From IMG/VR virus record IMGVR_UViG_3300048580_000268, positions 1-55,359 of that record: a stretch of 55,359 nt of DNA; one strand, 5' to 3'. Positions 34,891 to 45,125 of the stretch are shown one piece after another. Source of the stretch: a virus (lineage: Duplodnaviria > Caudoviricetes). The stretch's first letter is position 1. Each line of letters starts with the position of its first letter. A program made the translations under genes and the position numbers. The notes beneath the pieces are model-generated. The model was not told where the DNA came from and ran no database searches. It worked only from the letters and a program-made list of their open reading frames with translations.

Positions 34891-35439
34891 TTACCCTTTA
34901 GTCCCGAGTTCGGCTTTTCGCTTGGCATTAAGTTCTCTGTTTCGACTCGCCGCCTCGTGTCTGGACACCTTTTTCGGTGAAGAGTTTTTAATGTTACAAA
35001 TTCTGATTAATGAAAACAGTCGATTTAAATGCCATGACTCACATTCGAATGGGATGTTAAAAGCAACTAACCAATAATAAATTAACTCGGCAGTTATTAC
35101 TTCGTTACCGCGATAGCTTTTTTGACTTGGAAGTTCTCCAAAAGTTGTAGCCGACTGTGGCGATTCAACATAGGCGTTTATCTCTTCTAAGTTTTCCTGA
35201 GATAGTTGATTAATCTGTTCAAATCCAACAGAGTCATCCAGAGACATAAATTTTACATACGACAATATTTCTTCTGGAGATTTGTCGCTAGAGGAGAGAA
35301 ACGGTTTTTGGAATTTTGACTCCCATTTTGACAATGAGACTAAAGAGTGCTCAAGTTTTAATTCGAATCCACCAACAATAGTAAACTCGTTGGTTTCTTC
35401 ATTATAAAATTCATCACCATCAACATTAATACTAAGCAT
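34891..35439 (-). CDS. Tail assembly chaperone-like protein
   Basis: Follows the major tail gene; LEHSLVSLSKWESK, WHLNRL. Confidence 0.65.
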   Translation of the reverse strand: MLSINVDGDEFYNEETNEFTIVGGFELKLEHSLVSLSKWESKFQKPFLSSSDKSPEEILSYVKFMSLDDSVGFEQINQLSQENLEEINAYVESPQSATTFGELPSQKSYRGNEVITAELIYYWLVAFNIPFECESWHLNRLFSLIRICNIKNSSPKKVSRHEAASRNRELNAKRKAELGTKG

Positions 35440-35463
35440 TCTTTAATCTCCGTTTCTAAACTA

Positions 35464-36354
35464 TTACGGATTCCGAGTGAACGACCAAGAGTCGTCGCTG
35501 TCCGGGTGGAGCAGGTAGGCCGTGCTCGAAGGCTCGGCCCTAATGATCCAAGTGGCTCCAGCAGTAGGAATCGTAACGGTACCGGTAACAGTTGCGTTGG
35601 TATCGGCGCGGAAGTAACGAACGCCAGTAACAACCGGGATAACGATGGCGCCAGTGGCCGCGGTAAACGTCGGGTTCTGTGCCATGACAGGAGTCTGAGG
35701 AGTCCCTGAGAAGATAGCAATCACTGCTTCGGGCAGAGGCAGGCTAGGGTCCTGCCCAGGAGTGCCCCAGAGGAGGTTCTCAAGCTCAAGAAGGTCTGCT
35801 GCCTGGACGGCTGTAGAGTCGATCGTGATGACCGAAGAGGGCCGCATACCCGGAACTGCCACGGGGATCGTAGTAAGCTCCCAGCTAAAGGTAATCGCTT
35901 CAGGCGAATCATTGATCGTAGTGTAAGCTTTCTCCGACGGGCTGGCGGAGCAGCCGTAAATCAAATGGAGCTTGTAGCCGTAATCGTCACCCTCAACGTC
36001 GTTACCGAGCTTCGTCCGGTAAGAAAGCCCAAAAGATTTACGCGCCTGCTGGCCGATAGCAACGCCGGGAGTGTCGACGTTGAGGCCATCAAAAGGAGCG
36101 AATTCATCGGGATACGTGAACGCTTCAATAGTTGCCCCAAACTCTTCTGCTGAGAAGAGATTCAGGTACTTAACGTTATCCGCGTACTGAGCATTTGCCT
36201 CAGCGCCAGTAGGAGCCTCTGAAACAGACACAAGTCCATTCCAAGCGACGCCATTATTGTAAACTCCGAACTGATTCGGAATGTAAAGGACACCACGGTC
36301 GACGCCGGTTTCATACTTCCGATCGCCAACTCCGTCCCATTCAAGAACTGCCAT
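35464..36354 (-). CDS. Major tail protein
   Basis: YETGVDRGVLY, YADN.KY, GYKLHLIY; GC-rich third codon positions. Confidence 0.9.
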   Translation of the reverse strand: MAVLEWDGVGDRKYETGVDRGVLYIPNQFGVYNNGVAWNGLVSVSEAPTGAEANAQYADNVKYLNLFSAEEFGATIEAFTYPDEFAPFDGLNVDTPGVAIGQQARKSFGLSYRTKLGNDVEGDDYGYKLHLIYGCSASPSEKAYTTINDSPEAITFSWELTTIPVAVPGMRPSSVITIDSTAVQAADLLELENLLWGTPGQDPSLPLPEAVIAIFSGTPQTPVMAQNPTFTAATGAIVIPVVTGVRYFRADTNATVTGTVTIPTAGATWIIRAEPSSTAYLLHPDSDDSWSFTRNP

Positions 36355-36366
36355 TGCTATCTCCTT

Positions 36367-36672
36367 CTAGAAGAAAAGTTTGTATACGTCATGATTAAGT
36401 TTTTCGGCTGTGTAAAATCGATCATAGACACATAAAGGAAGTTCTGAAACTTTATCCGGAATTTCGCTGTCAGGATCACTATCGATTACGGTTATCTGAT
36501 ACCGTTTTTTTTTACTATAAGGCCGATTGTCTGCAAAATCTGTGTTTTCATCATCTCTTTTGTAGATGATACACGGATACTTCAGTTGCACCGTTGGCGG
36601 TGGCTGAAAATATACATTTTTACTGTCCAAGATTTCAACCAAGACTTCTTGGAGATCAAGGCGTTGGGCCAT
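36367..36672 (-). CDS. Tail terminator (start revised to MAQRL)
   Basis: VYFQPP...YPCIIY; position. Confidence 0.75.
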   Translation of the reverse strand: MAQRLDLQEVLVEILDSKNVYFQPPPTVQLKYPCIIYKRDDENTDFADNRPYSKKKRYQITVIDSDPDSEIPDKVSELPLCVYDRFYTAEKLNHDVYKLFF

Positions 36673-36985
36673 TATAGACACTCCCAAGACTAAGGATTAG
36701 GCGGGGGCTCTTGACTTCGACATCTGTCACAGTCCACAGAACCCCCGCCCATCGCACATACTTGATTTTCATGAAGTGTTCGACGGCGTATTCATTAGCT
36801 ATAATGCTAATGGAGTTTCCAACGGAAATATCATCATTAAGAGACTCTCCAGATTCTATTCGCCTTGTGTTTCGAATAACGTCTCCATAGTAAGAATATT
36901 CTATGATTCGATCCACATAAATGCCAGAATCTGGAGGATATTCTACGGAATTACCGTAGCCAATCTCTCCGTAAAACCTAGCCAT
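36656..36985 (-). CDS. Head-to-tail stopper/adaptor
   Basis: Follows the capsid gene; YYGDV.R, N.ISIIA, PRLIL. Confidence 0.75.
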   Translation of the reverse strand: MARFYGEIGYGNSVEYPPDSGIYVDRIIEYSYYGDVIRNTRRIESGESLNDDISVGNSISIIANEYAVEHFMKIKYVRWAGVLWTVTDVEVKSPRLILSLGSVYNGPTP

Positions 36986-37000
36986 CTTGACTCCTTAGAT

Positions 37001-39031
37001 TCAGTCGCGAGTGAACGTCCAGCTATCGTCTTCGCTCGTGGAGAAGTAGTAACCGGCCGCCGGGGTGGCGTCGATGGTGATCGAGGCACCCGAGGCGATT
37101 GCCGCGTACGGCGAACCTGCTGCGTTGACAACGGTAGCGCCGTTCTTGTAGACGACACCAGTCTGGTTGACAATGGTCAGAACGCCGGTCGTAGTATTGA
37201 AGGAAGGCTCGTTAGGAATAACCAGAATATCGGTTCCAGCAACCTTACGGACGACCATCGCGGCCTTCAGCTTGGTCAGCGCTCCAGAGAGGCGGGTCTC
37301 AATCAAGTACTTCTGACGGTTGTAGTCGATGTCGAAGTCGTCAAACATGCTGACCTCTCCACCTCGCGTGGAGCCAACCGTGTAATCGGTCGGGTTCACA
37401 AGGACGGCAACCAGCTCGGGCTCGTCTTCCATGACCTCAACCGAAACAACCTCAGTGACGCGCAGCTCAGCCGCAAGCTCCTCAAGGTTCTTGTAAATGC
37501 GACGACCAAGAGTGTCCTTCAGAAGAAGGAATTTAGCAATGTAGGTCTCGGTGGTGTACATGGTCGGGAGACCAGTGCCGCGAAGGTGACGACGATTCAT
37601 CACAATAGCGTCGACAATCTCCTGAACAGAGGAGTTGTTATCGTCGATGTTGACGTTGACCTGAGTAGTGTAAAGCTCGTGATCCGAAGCAATCGGGCGA
37701 ATACACTGGTCGTTGATCTTCTCTTCCGACGCGGGGTCGCGGCCATCGCCGATCAGAATTGCTCGCGCAATTTCTTCATCGAGCATCAGACGCATCTCAC
37801 CCTTGAGCCAGGCGACAACATCGAAGTCAGTGATGTCGATCATGTCGTCACGATCAAGCTGCTGCTTCTTGTAAATGGTGGTCGGGCTGGTGACTCGCCG
37901 AGCAACCGAGAAGAACTCGGTTTTCTTCAAATTGCCTTTGATGTAACCCTTGGCCCGAGCCTCTTCCTCGGTAATGTCAGCCATGAGGGTCTTGATCCGG
38001 CTGAACGGGCGCTTGCGAACACCCATCATCACCTTGTCAACCCAATCGGTCCGACGACCAAACCACTCGGGCGTGTCGGTTGCCGCCACTGCATCCGGGA
38101 ACAGGAGATCGATGTTGGTGATGCCGTGCTGGAGAGCGTAGCTTTCGACCGCGGTCCTCAGCGAGCCGCGAGCCGTGGCGTCAGCAACAATAGCTTCCAT
38201 ATCTGCGTGAGAGAGGATAAGCTCCTCTTTCGTGTCTTTCTTGTCTTCAAAAACATTCGTACGACTCATTTGATCGTCGCCTTTCTGATCTATGTTATCC
38301 TGGGCAAGGGTTTTGTCGGTATTAGTATTGTCTTCGGCTTCGGCAGTACTAAGCGCTTCGCCAATCATATAATGAAGAACATCTTTTTGCTTATCAGTCA
38401 TAGACTCATAAACATCAGCGATGGTTTCTTCTGAGTCGTCTGCCATCTTTTCTGCGTGAGAAATATTGTCTATAACTTCATCAGAATCTTCGGTAGACTC
38501 TTCAACATCATCTTCGTCATCATCTTCGTCATCATCTTCGTCACCATCTGACTCATTATCTTCAGTAGACGGAACGTCTACCTCTAGTCCAGTGTAAATA
38601 ATAGCTTCTTCGTCTAAGACCTCATCTTCAAAATCTGAGTGACGAATTGTAACGTTCTCAATGACAGCTCCTGGATTAGCTCCGCTGAGAACTAAACTGA
38701 CCTCACGAATTGCGCCATGAAGAACTCGACCCGAGCGCTCAATGAGCTCATTCGCCCAGATTGAAAGGCGGTTTATGTCTCCATGCTCTAAAAGTTCTCG
38801 CGTGTGAATAGCTTTTGGTGAGGAATTAAAGAATCCATATGCATAAACCCCGTCAGACCTTGCCTCTAAAAGGGCGTGACCAAGAACGTTTTCGGGATCG
38901 CTATGACCGTGCTGCCAAACCAAAGGAACCTTAACTTGATCCTGGTGTTTGAAGGCGTCCGGCATGATTGTTCTGCCATCAGAACATTTAAGCCCTGATT
39001 TAGTGGCATAACCGCTAAAATCTGCTTCCAT
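37001..39031 (-). CDS. Prohead protease-major capsid protein fusion
   Basis: HK97-type protease N-terminus (VPLVWQHGH, LSI, EVSLV..GANP), acidic linker, capsid domain. Confidence 0.92.
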   Translation of the reverse strand: MEADFSGYATKSGLKCSDGRTIMPDAFKHQDQVKVPLVWQHGHSDPENVLGHALLEARSDGVYAYGFFNSSPKAIHTRELLEHGDINRLSIWANELIERSGRVLHGAIREVSLVLSGANPGAVIENVTIRHSDFEDEVLDEEAIIYTGLEVDVPSTEDNESDGDEDDDEDDDEDDVEESTEDSDEVIDNISHAEKMADDSEETIADVYESMTDKQKDVLHYMIGEALSTAEAEDNTNTDKTLAQDNIDQKGDDQMSRTNVFEDKKDTKEELILSHADMEAIVADATARGSLRTAVESYALQHGITNIDLLFPDAVAATDTPEWFGRRTDWVDKVMMGVRKRPFSRIKTLMADITEEEARAKGYIKGNLKKTEFFSVARRVTSPTTIYKKQQLDRDDMIDITDFDVVAWLKGEMRLMLDEEIARAILIGDGRDPASEEKINDQCIRPIASDHELYTTQVNVNIDDNNSSVQEIVDAIVMNRRHLRGTGLPTMYTTETYIAKFLLLKDTLGRRIYKNLEELAAELRVTEVVSVEVMEDEPELVAVLVNPTDYTVGSTRGGEVSMFDDFDIDYNRQKYLIETRLSGALTKLKAAMVVRKVAGTDILVIPNEPSFNTTTGVLTIVNQTGVVYKNGATVVNAAGSPYAAIASGASITIDATPAAGYYFSTSEDDSWTFTRD

Positions 39032-39134
39032 TTTGATTTCCTTTCAAATCAACTTGCCGTCTAGAGAAATTTTGGTTTTTGGCTTCATGTTTTGACCAAA
39101 GGCTCTTTCTAAGAGTTTCATAATCGTTTTTAAA

Positions 39135-40361
39135 TTACTCAACGGAGTCTGCCTCATTTAGATTATTGCTAGATTTCTCTAAAGGCATGTTGCTGTTATT
39201 AAGCTTATCAGCCTTCTCATCAGGAAACGGCTCAATTCCCATAAACCCACGGATTTCATTTGAGGTGAGAATTTCGTTTCTTGTAAACTTGTCGGCAATC
39301 TCAGCAATTTCGCTAACTGGAACAAGCTTGAACGGGTCTTTAAAGTAATAGACCCGCTCTCCTTTAGCTGTACCCATTGGGCCTAAGAATGAGCGTTGCA
39401 TGGCTTCTGTAATAGCCTGAAGGATTGGGTCTATAGACCGGTTATAATAGTTCAGCATAGTCTTTTCATCGGCAGTGCCATTCATTATGTCTTCAGTAAT
39501 ACCCAATTGACCATACAACATCTTAGTCAAATACTCAATTTGCTGTAAAAGATTATTCTCAGCAGGCCTATTTAGCTGAGTAATCTTTTCAGTTGAATCC
39601 GTGTAAGCAATTCCATACTGACTGTCTTTTAACTGCAGTTCAATAGATTCACGTCGAGCTTCTGCTTGCTTTTGTCTTGCCTCGGATTTAATAACATAAG
39701 GAAGTTGTATAATAAGGTCAAGTTTTCCAGAACCAGATTGTTCATCAACCGCATCTAAAAGAGTAAGTTTTCTAATAAGCCTTTGAAGCGTCCCGTTTTG
39801 CTGATTCATTACTGCATATAAAGGATTTTCGACAATAGCCACATAACGCTTTTCTAGGGTTATGTCTTCTCGAAGTCCGGTTGCTTCGTTGTAGAGATTG
39901 ACCTTTACGTGTTTTGGATACCAATCAATAATTTCGCCTACTCGAAGAGTATGAATATCAAATTGCTCATTTGTTGTTGGATCTTGCGTAGTATCGACTG
40001 GCACAATGGCTGCCGCGCCTTTATCAAACAACGTCATGGCAATATCTTGCCGAAATGCTCGTGGACCCTGATCTAGGTTAGGCTCTAAAGTCAGAGCTTT
40101 ACTCAAGCCGCTTTCTTTATCTTCTAAATAACGTTCTTCTTTATCTAGCTGAACGTGTTTGAACCCAACACCAGAAACATCTATACTCATTCTTGTATAA
40201 ATGGAAGTGACGATAGATCGTTCGTTGTAATAGCCTCGGAACCTACTTTGATCTGAGCGAGAAGAATATGACATCCCTCTTGGGGCGCCTACTGTTGACC
40301 ATACACGATCAGTATCTCGAAAAGCATTCCAAGCACTTCTAAGTTTTTCTAGCACTGCCAC
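39135..40361 (-). CDS. Portal protein
   Basis: 408 aa; EPN, T.NE.R..G; between terminase and capsid. Confidence 0.9.
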   Translation of the reverse strand: MAVLEKLRSAWNAFRDTDRVWSTVGAPRGMSYSSRSDQSRFRGYYNERSIVTSIYTRMSIDVSGVGFKHVQLDKEERYLEDKESGLSKALTLEPNLDQGPRAFRQDIAMTLFDKGAAAIVPVDTTQDPTTNEQFDIHTLRVGEIIDWYPKHVKVNLYNEATGLREDITLEKRYVAIVENPLYAVMNQQNGTLQRLIRKLTLLDAVDEQSGSGKLDLIIQLPYVIKSEARQKQAEARRESIELQLKDSQYGIAYTDSTEKITQLNRPAENNLLQQIEYLTKMLYGQLGITEDIMNGTADEKTMLNYYNRSIDPILQAITEAMQRSFLGPMGTAKGERVYYFKDPFKLVPVSEIAEIADKFTRNEILTSNEIRGFMGIEPFPDEKADKLNNSNMPLEKSSNNLNEADSVE

Positions 40362-40403
40362 TTAGCATCACCTCCTTTTTAAGTAAGTTTAGATGGTTTA
40401 TGA

Positions 40404-40802
40404 TCAGGAGTAAACTCCGAGCTGGTGAAGGATGGTTCCATCAAACCAAAACATAGCAACGCCGTTTGCCGCGAGAGTAATTTCGGCACCAGTCGGCGTG
40501 CTTCCACCAAGGTTGACCGCGCGAGCTGTTCCACCGTTAAACGAAACCGTCGGAGCAGCCGCAGTGTTTCCACTAGTAAACCTAATCGGGACCATAGTAT
40601 TCGCTGATGGTTCGGCTTCTGCAACGGTCTTAGCCGCAGTTCCAATTGCTCCGGCCGCGGTGTAAGCGCCAATCTTTGAATTTCGACCAGTAACAGGAGT
40701 TCCATCCGGATTGAACAGAGCAAAGCGTTCAATAGTCTGATGCTCTTTAAATGCGGCCTGAGTTGAAAGAATTGCCTGAGTAGTTTTCTGATGCTCTGAC
40801 AT
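40404..40802 (-). CDS. Putative head decoration/fibre protein
   Basis: Ala/Thr/Gly-rich; LFNPDGTP, FT.GNTA. Confidence 0.55.
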   Translation of the reverse strand: MSEHQKTTQAILSTQAAFKEHQTIERFALFNPDGTPVTGRNSKIGAYTAAGAIGTAAKTVAEAEPSANTMVPIRFTSGNTAAAPTVSFNGGTARAVNLGGSTPTGAEITLAANGVAMFWFDGTILHQLGVYS

Positions 40803-40825
40803 TGAGCACTCCTTTTTTTGTGGTT

Positions 40826-41323
40826 TTATAGTCTAATATCGTCAAATAAAACTGGGCCTTGTTTAAGAGAAGCTTTAACAAACTTTTTCCCTTTAATAGC
40901 TGCAGTTTGTCCATCTTTGGTTACGTAAATGGTTTTTCTTGGTTTGGCCAGAGCATATTGAAAAGCGGCGTCTAGTTTTTTTTGATCTATTGTTGCTTGT
41001 TTTTTTCGACCACGACGAGTATTTAAGTTTCCGCTTTTTCCTTCAAGTTTACGAAGTGTTTTTTTTGCTGATCTGGCTCGTTGTCGCTTTGAGGCCCCCG
41101 CAGAAGCGTAATCTAAAGCTGCGTTTCTTACTGAATTCTTTTTCGGCTTTGACAGCATAGGAGTTCTGTTAGAAATATTAGTTTGTCTTTGAACTGGGTT
41201 TGCAAATCTTGGGTTTGCTGCTTTAGCATTTGCTATTGCGCTCCTATTTTGATTTTTGCGAACCCCCCACTTCATTCCTTTGACACCAAAGTGTTCAAGA
41301 AAGTCTTCTACTTCTTTATCCAT
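40826..41323 (-). CDS. Basic protein with LEHFGVKGMKWGVR motif
   Basis: Motif at N-terminus; K/R-rich. Confidence 0.75.
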   Translation of the reverse strand: MDKEVEDFLEHFGVKGMKWGVRKNQNRSAIANAKAANPRFANPVQRQTNISNRTPMLSKPKKNSVRNAALDYASAGASKRQRARSAKKTLRKLEGKSGNLNTRRGRKKQATIDQKKLDAAFQYALAKPRKTIYVTKDGQTAAIKGKKFVKASLKQGPVLFDDIRL

Positions 41324-41370
41324 TTTAAAGCCTCAAGTCTTTAACTTTTACTCCTTGTTTTAAAAGCGCG

Positions 41371-41667
41371 TTAACTACTTAAAAGATACTCAGCAAATTT
41401 TTTTCCGGCGACTATTGCGGTAACCATAACCGCGTCTTCTAGTTTAATCTTTCGGTCCGATAGTCCCCATAGGTTTTTTTCTGAACCGGCAAGCTCGTTT
41501 TTGTATCTTTCACGAAAACTTTTATTAACGGCCGTTTGTTTGTTATTTGCCTTCGAATTTGTTCGAACGTTTTTATTAGAAACTGCAGCGCCTCGGTTTT
41601 GGCGAACTCCCCACTTCATTCCTTTGACACCAAAGTGTTCAAGGAAGTTTTCTGCATCTTCACTCAT
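41371..41667 (-). CDS. Basic protein with LEHFGVKGMKWGVR motif
   Basis: Motif at N-terminus. Confidence 0.75.
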   Translation of the reverse strand: MSEDAENFLEHFGVKGMKWGVRQNRGAAVSNKNVRTNSKANNKQTAVNKSFRERYKNELAGSEKNLWGLSDRKIKLEDAVMVTAIVAGKKFAEYLLSS

Positions 41668-43409
41668 TCAAAAGCCTCCTTGTTCAGCTTATAGGCAATG
41701 TAGGCGTCCATTAGAGCAGAGACATTATCAATCTTTTCTTCAGCTCGCTTTTTTAGAAGCTTGCGGTTTCCATTGGTGTCTTCCAAAGTTATTGCGTTAC
41801 CCATAGCAAAAGACATAAGTGACTGATCAAAGAGTAGAACTCGCTGCTCAGCTAGAATTTTCAATTCGCCAAGAGGAACAGATTCCGTCTTTGCTCCCTG
41901 AATAACCTTTTCGATTCCATACGGACCATTCTCAGTTTCCCAACGCTCAACAAACTCTTTAGCATTGTACGGGTCGAAACCAAAAGCCCGGACGTCGTAC
42001 TCATTCTGCTCGATGAAGGCTTCTAAGTCATCATAAACTTCTGTCATGTCAAGGACGTTTCCGTCAAGAACTTGCAATGAGCCTTCATCCATAAACTCTT
42101 GATACTTTATGCGCATTGCTCCAGGCAGTTTCATCAGAGTCAGTGTCGTGATGTAACTTCGAGTCTTAACGCCAAAAGAACCATTTTGTAACGGAAAAAG
42201 GAAAGTGAACGCACAGAAGTCGTCGCCCTGTGAAAGGTCCGCGCCGAGAGCACATGGAACACTCCAGAACTCTCTAGTGCGATGAGGGATGGTTTCTTCG
42301 TATGTGAAGAAGTATGTGTATCCCTCCATAGGAATGCCAAACCGCTTAGCTAAAATATCGTTTCTAGATGCAGGAGCTTTCTCAGCTCTCTCAACATCTA
42401 GATGATACACGTCATAAGTTACGGTTTTACCAAGATTTGGTTGCGCTTTTAGCCACATAGATGGATCATTAACTTCTTCAAGATCATCTAATCGGTAATG
42501 CCAGATTGAAATATGAGGAGCTTGATACTCGCCTTTTAAGATGTTTGCCAACTCCATCTTGATGGTATCGCCAGAGCCATTTCGGACAGTTCCTTCAGAG
42601 CTAATAGCTACAATAAGAAAATCGTCCAGTTTGGATGCGCCCTGCTCGATGGCACCGACAACATCTTCTCGAATATCTCCAGATAACCACTCATCAACTG
42701 TAGAAATTTTAGGTCGAAGACCCTGAAGTTTATTGATCGCCATTGGACGAACTTCAAGCAAAGATCCAGTCAAGAAATTTTCTACACCTTTTTTAGTTGA
42801 TGCGAGCTTAACTCGCTCAACGGCAGATCCAGATGTATTTCGAATAGAGCCTTCGGTTAAAAATTTGAACAAAGGACCACGAGCTCTAGTAATTGCTGTA
42901 CGAAAAGGTGACATTACTTCGTCGGCCTGTTTCATTGTTGGAGCAGTTGTTATCTGATGCGTTGTGGCTGTATCAACATTCAAGAAATATGCTTGTATGC
43001 AAGCTGCATACATTGACTTGGCCGCGCCTCGGGCAACGATCAAATATTGCTTTGTAGTGAGGCGTTTCTTGATTAGTTTCTTAACATATTTACCAGCTTC
43101 GCCGTTAACCCCTGGTTGATACACGCTTCTTTCAACAAAGAAGTACCAGCCAAAGATTTGTTCGGCCCAAACCTTAAATGTTTCTAGTAAATATAAATCT
43201 CCACCATCAGTTAATGTAAGTTCCATCTCACAATATCTAATAAACCCTTCCACCGCATCATCGTCATAATATATGTTAGGGTTCGCTATAAGATCGTCAA
43301 TCCGATTCATTTCTAAAGAGACTTCCCTATTTACAGGTATGTCTCCTCTGAGAACAGAGTCTCGAAATTCCCCGTAATATCTAGGAACAGCGGTGTTCGA
43401 TAAAGCCAA
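41664..43409 (-). CDS. Terminase large subunit
   Basis: VARGAAKS Walker A, STVDE Walker B, GADLS..DD, FDPYNA, KID...A. Confidence 0.93.
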   Translation of the reverse strand: MALSNTAVPRYYGEFRDSVLRGDIPVNREVSLEMNRIDDLIANPNIYYDDDAVEGFIRYCEMELTLTDGGDLYLLETFKVWAEQIFGWYFFVERSVYQPGVNGEAGKYVKKLIKKRLTTKQYLIVARGAAKSMYAACIQAYFLNVDTATTHQITTAPTMKQADEVMSPFRTAITRARGPLFKFLTEGSIRNTSGSAVERVKLASTKKGVENFLTGSLLEVRPMAINKLQGLRPKISTVDEWLSGDIREDVVGAIEQGASKLDDFLIVAISSEGTVRNGSGDTIKMELANILKGEYQAPHISIWHYRLDDLEEVNDPSMWLKAQPNLGKTVTYDVYHLDVERAEKAPASRNDILAKRFGIPMEGYTYFFTYEETIPHRTREFWSVPCALGADLSQGDDFCAFTFLFPLQNGSFGVKTRSYITTLTLMKLPGAMRIKYQEFMDEGSLQVLDGNVLDMTEVYDDLEAFIEQNEYDVRAFGFDPYNAKEFVERWETENGPYGIEKVIQGAKTESVPLGELKILAEQRVLLFDQSLMSFAMGNAITLEDTNGNRKLLKKRAEEKIDNVSALMDAYIAYKLNKEAFE

Positions 43410-43432
43410 ATCAACCGCCTCCTTTTATAGCT

Positions 43433-44335
43433 TTACTTCTTAGGTTTTATTGACTTAGATAGTTTTTCTATTCTTTGTCGGTCTTTGTTTACTTTTATAA
43501 TATCTTCTCTTGAAATTTCTGATTTTGCTTTTTTGGCCTCTTTTTTAGCGTCTTTAACGGCTTTTTTAGTCTCATTAACCACATTTTTGGCAGATTCTTT
43601 ACCACTATTACCGACAGGTATATTGAGCATCTTTTGAACTTCATTTTTGATTACTGCTTTTGTTGCTTCTTTAGCAACTTCTTTTGTTGCCTGAACAAAA
43701 ATATCTTTTGAGGCCCTAGTAAACGCTTCGCCTTTTGTGAGTGGCACCGTTTCTCGGACAAGCTGCGAATACTGCTTTTCTAACTGCATTCTTGCAATCG
43801 CCGACTTGAGCTCATCATCAGTCATTTTTTTAGCTGAGGGTTTTGAGCTCGACGATTTAGTTTTTTCTTTAGCTTCCCGTTCTTTGTCTTTACGGGCTTT
43901 CCAATTTGAGGCCGACCTAGATTTATCTGGAGCTTTTCGAACGCCCCACTTCATTCCTTTGACGCCGAAGTGTTCAATAATATCTTCGGTAACGCCAGCC
44001 GCAAAAACTTCTCCTTGAGCCATAGAACGATTAAGCTCTTCTTGTCTTTTTTTAGCTTTAGCTGCAATGGCACGACCATCAGCTTCTTTTTTTGGAACCG
44101 GCTCTCCCCAAGCGGCAGCCGTTAAAGCAAACCGGGTCGGTTCACCTTTTTCGTCGACAAGTGGTGGATAGTCTTTCTGTCCATAAAATCGAAGTGCCCA
44201 GCTAATCCACCTTTTTTTATCGGCGGTACTAGCCTTAGTGTAATCTTTAACGCCCGGTTTTAAGTTTCCACCAAATTCTTTTCTTCCGGCTGCAGTTAAA
44301 CCACCTTTTGGGTCTTTAAGCGGTGGATTACTCAT
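43433..44335 (-). CDS. Two-module basic protein: KDPKGGLTAAGR domain plus internal EHFGVKGMKWGVR motif
   Basis: Both motifs visible; MTDDELK..I.R..LEKQY. Confidence 0.7.
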   Translation of the reverse strand: MSNPPLKDPKGGLTAAGRKEFGGNLKPGVKDYTKASTADKKRWISWALRFYGQKDYPPLVDEKGEPTRFALTAAAWGEPVPKKEADGRAIAAKAKKRQEELNRSMAQGEVFAAGVTEDIIEHFGVKGMKWGVRKAPDKSRSASNWKARKDKEREAKEKTKSSSSKPSAKKMTDDELKSAIARMQLEKQYSQLVRETVPLTKGEAFTRASKDIFVQATKEVAKEATKAVIKNEVQKMLNIPVGNSGKESAKNVVNETKKAVKDAKKEAKKAKSEISREDIIKVNKDRQRIEKLSKSIKPKK

Positions 44336-44676
44336 GTCAACTCCGTTTCTTTAAAAGTTCTTAAACGCCATTCATACTCTGAAATTTGTTCATCCATTGC
44401 GTTCATCAAAAATGACGTGGTTGGCGGGTCAAATAGTTTTCGAACTTTTAAGAAAATATAAGTCTTGACCAGACTCAACTCTGTATCTGGTAACTCTAAA
44501 TCTTCCCATATAGTTTCTTCATCTTCAACCAAAACTAAAGGTGTTGGGCCGATTCCTATCTGATTCAAAGTAGCTAAGGCTGAGTTGATGTGAGTTATGA
44601 TGTCTAAATCAAACGCTTCATAGCCTTCGCTAAGTCCTAGAATTTTTTTCGTGCTAACAAGTATACTAGAATCCAT
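44332..44676 (-). CDS. Head-tail connector-like protein (start revised to MDSSIL)
   Basis: SIL.STKK.LG, FD.DI..HIN, L.QIG.GP, FDPP, E.EWRL. Confidence 0.7.
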   Translation of the reverse strand: MDSSILVSTKKILGLSEGYEAFDLDIITHINSALATLNQIGIGPTPLVLVEDEETIWEDLELPDTELSLVKTYIFLKVRKLFDPPTTSFLMNAMDEQISEYEWRLRTFKETELT

Positions 44677-44695
44677 TTGACAACCTCCTTTCGAG

Positions 44696-45106
44696 TTACC
44701 AGAGTTTTGTGTCACCGGGGCTTCTGTTTAAAACAACTGCAGCCAATAAGTTTTTATCCCCATAGTGAATCGCGTTATGCGTTTTGTGGGTCGTCGTTAT
44801 TAAAAATTCAGGGTCTGTTATCCATGATTCGTCATGAATTATGTCTTCTGTTGTCATTGGGTTAAGATGGTGAATTAAAAGATTACTGTGAATTTCATAA
44901 CCATCTATTCCAAGATCACATCCATTGTCCCTTAAAATTACATAATTTCGGACTTGTTTCCAGGCATTTGATTTATAAAAACTTTGATTTAGATAACGGT
45001 CAAACCCAAAAGTAGAGTGGCCAACACTTCCCTCAAGTTTAAGATACTCAAAACGATCTTCAAATGTTTTAAACGACTTAAGCTCAGAATATGTTTTAGT
45101 TTTCAT
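44696..45106 (-). CDS. HNH endonuclease (packaging-associated)
   Basis: RDNGCDLG, IHH.NP, THNAIH; near the terminase. Confidence 0.85.
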   Translation of the reverse strand: MKTKTYSELKSFKTFEDRFEYLKLEGSVGHSTFGFDRYLNQSFYKSNAWKQVRNYVILRDNGCDLGIDGYEIHSNLLIHHLNPMTTEDIIHDESWITDPEFLITTTHKTHNAIHYGDKNLLAAVVLNRSPGDTKLW

Positions 45107-45125
45107 AAGATTATTATTTTATAAA

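Noticed and set aside
34891-35439. Programmed -1 frameshift in the tail chaperone
   Set aside because: No overlapping downstream extension ORF; the next gene has its own RBS and start.
36776-38434. 552-aa plus-strand ORF
   Set aside because: Antisense shadow of the capsid gene with its GC-rich third codon positions; no RBS or recognisable motifs.
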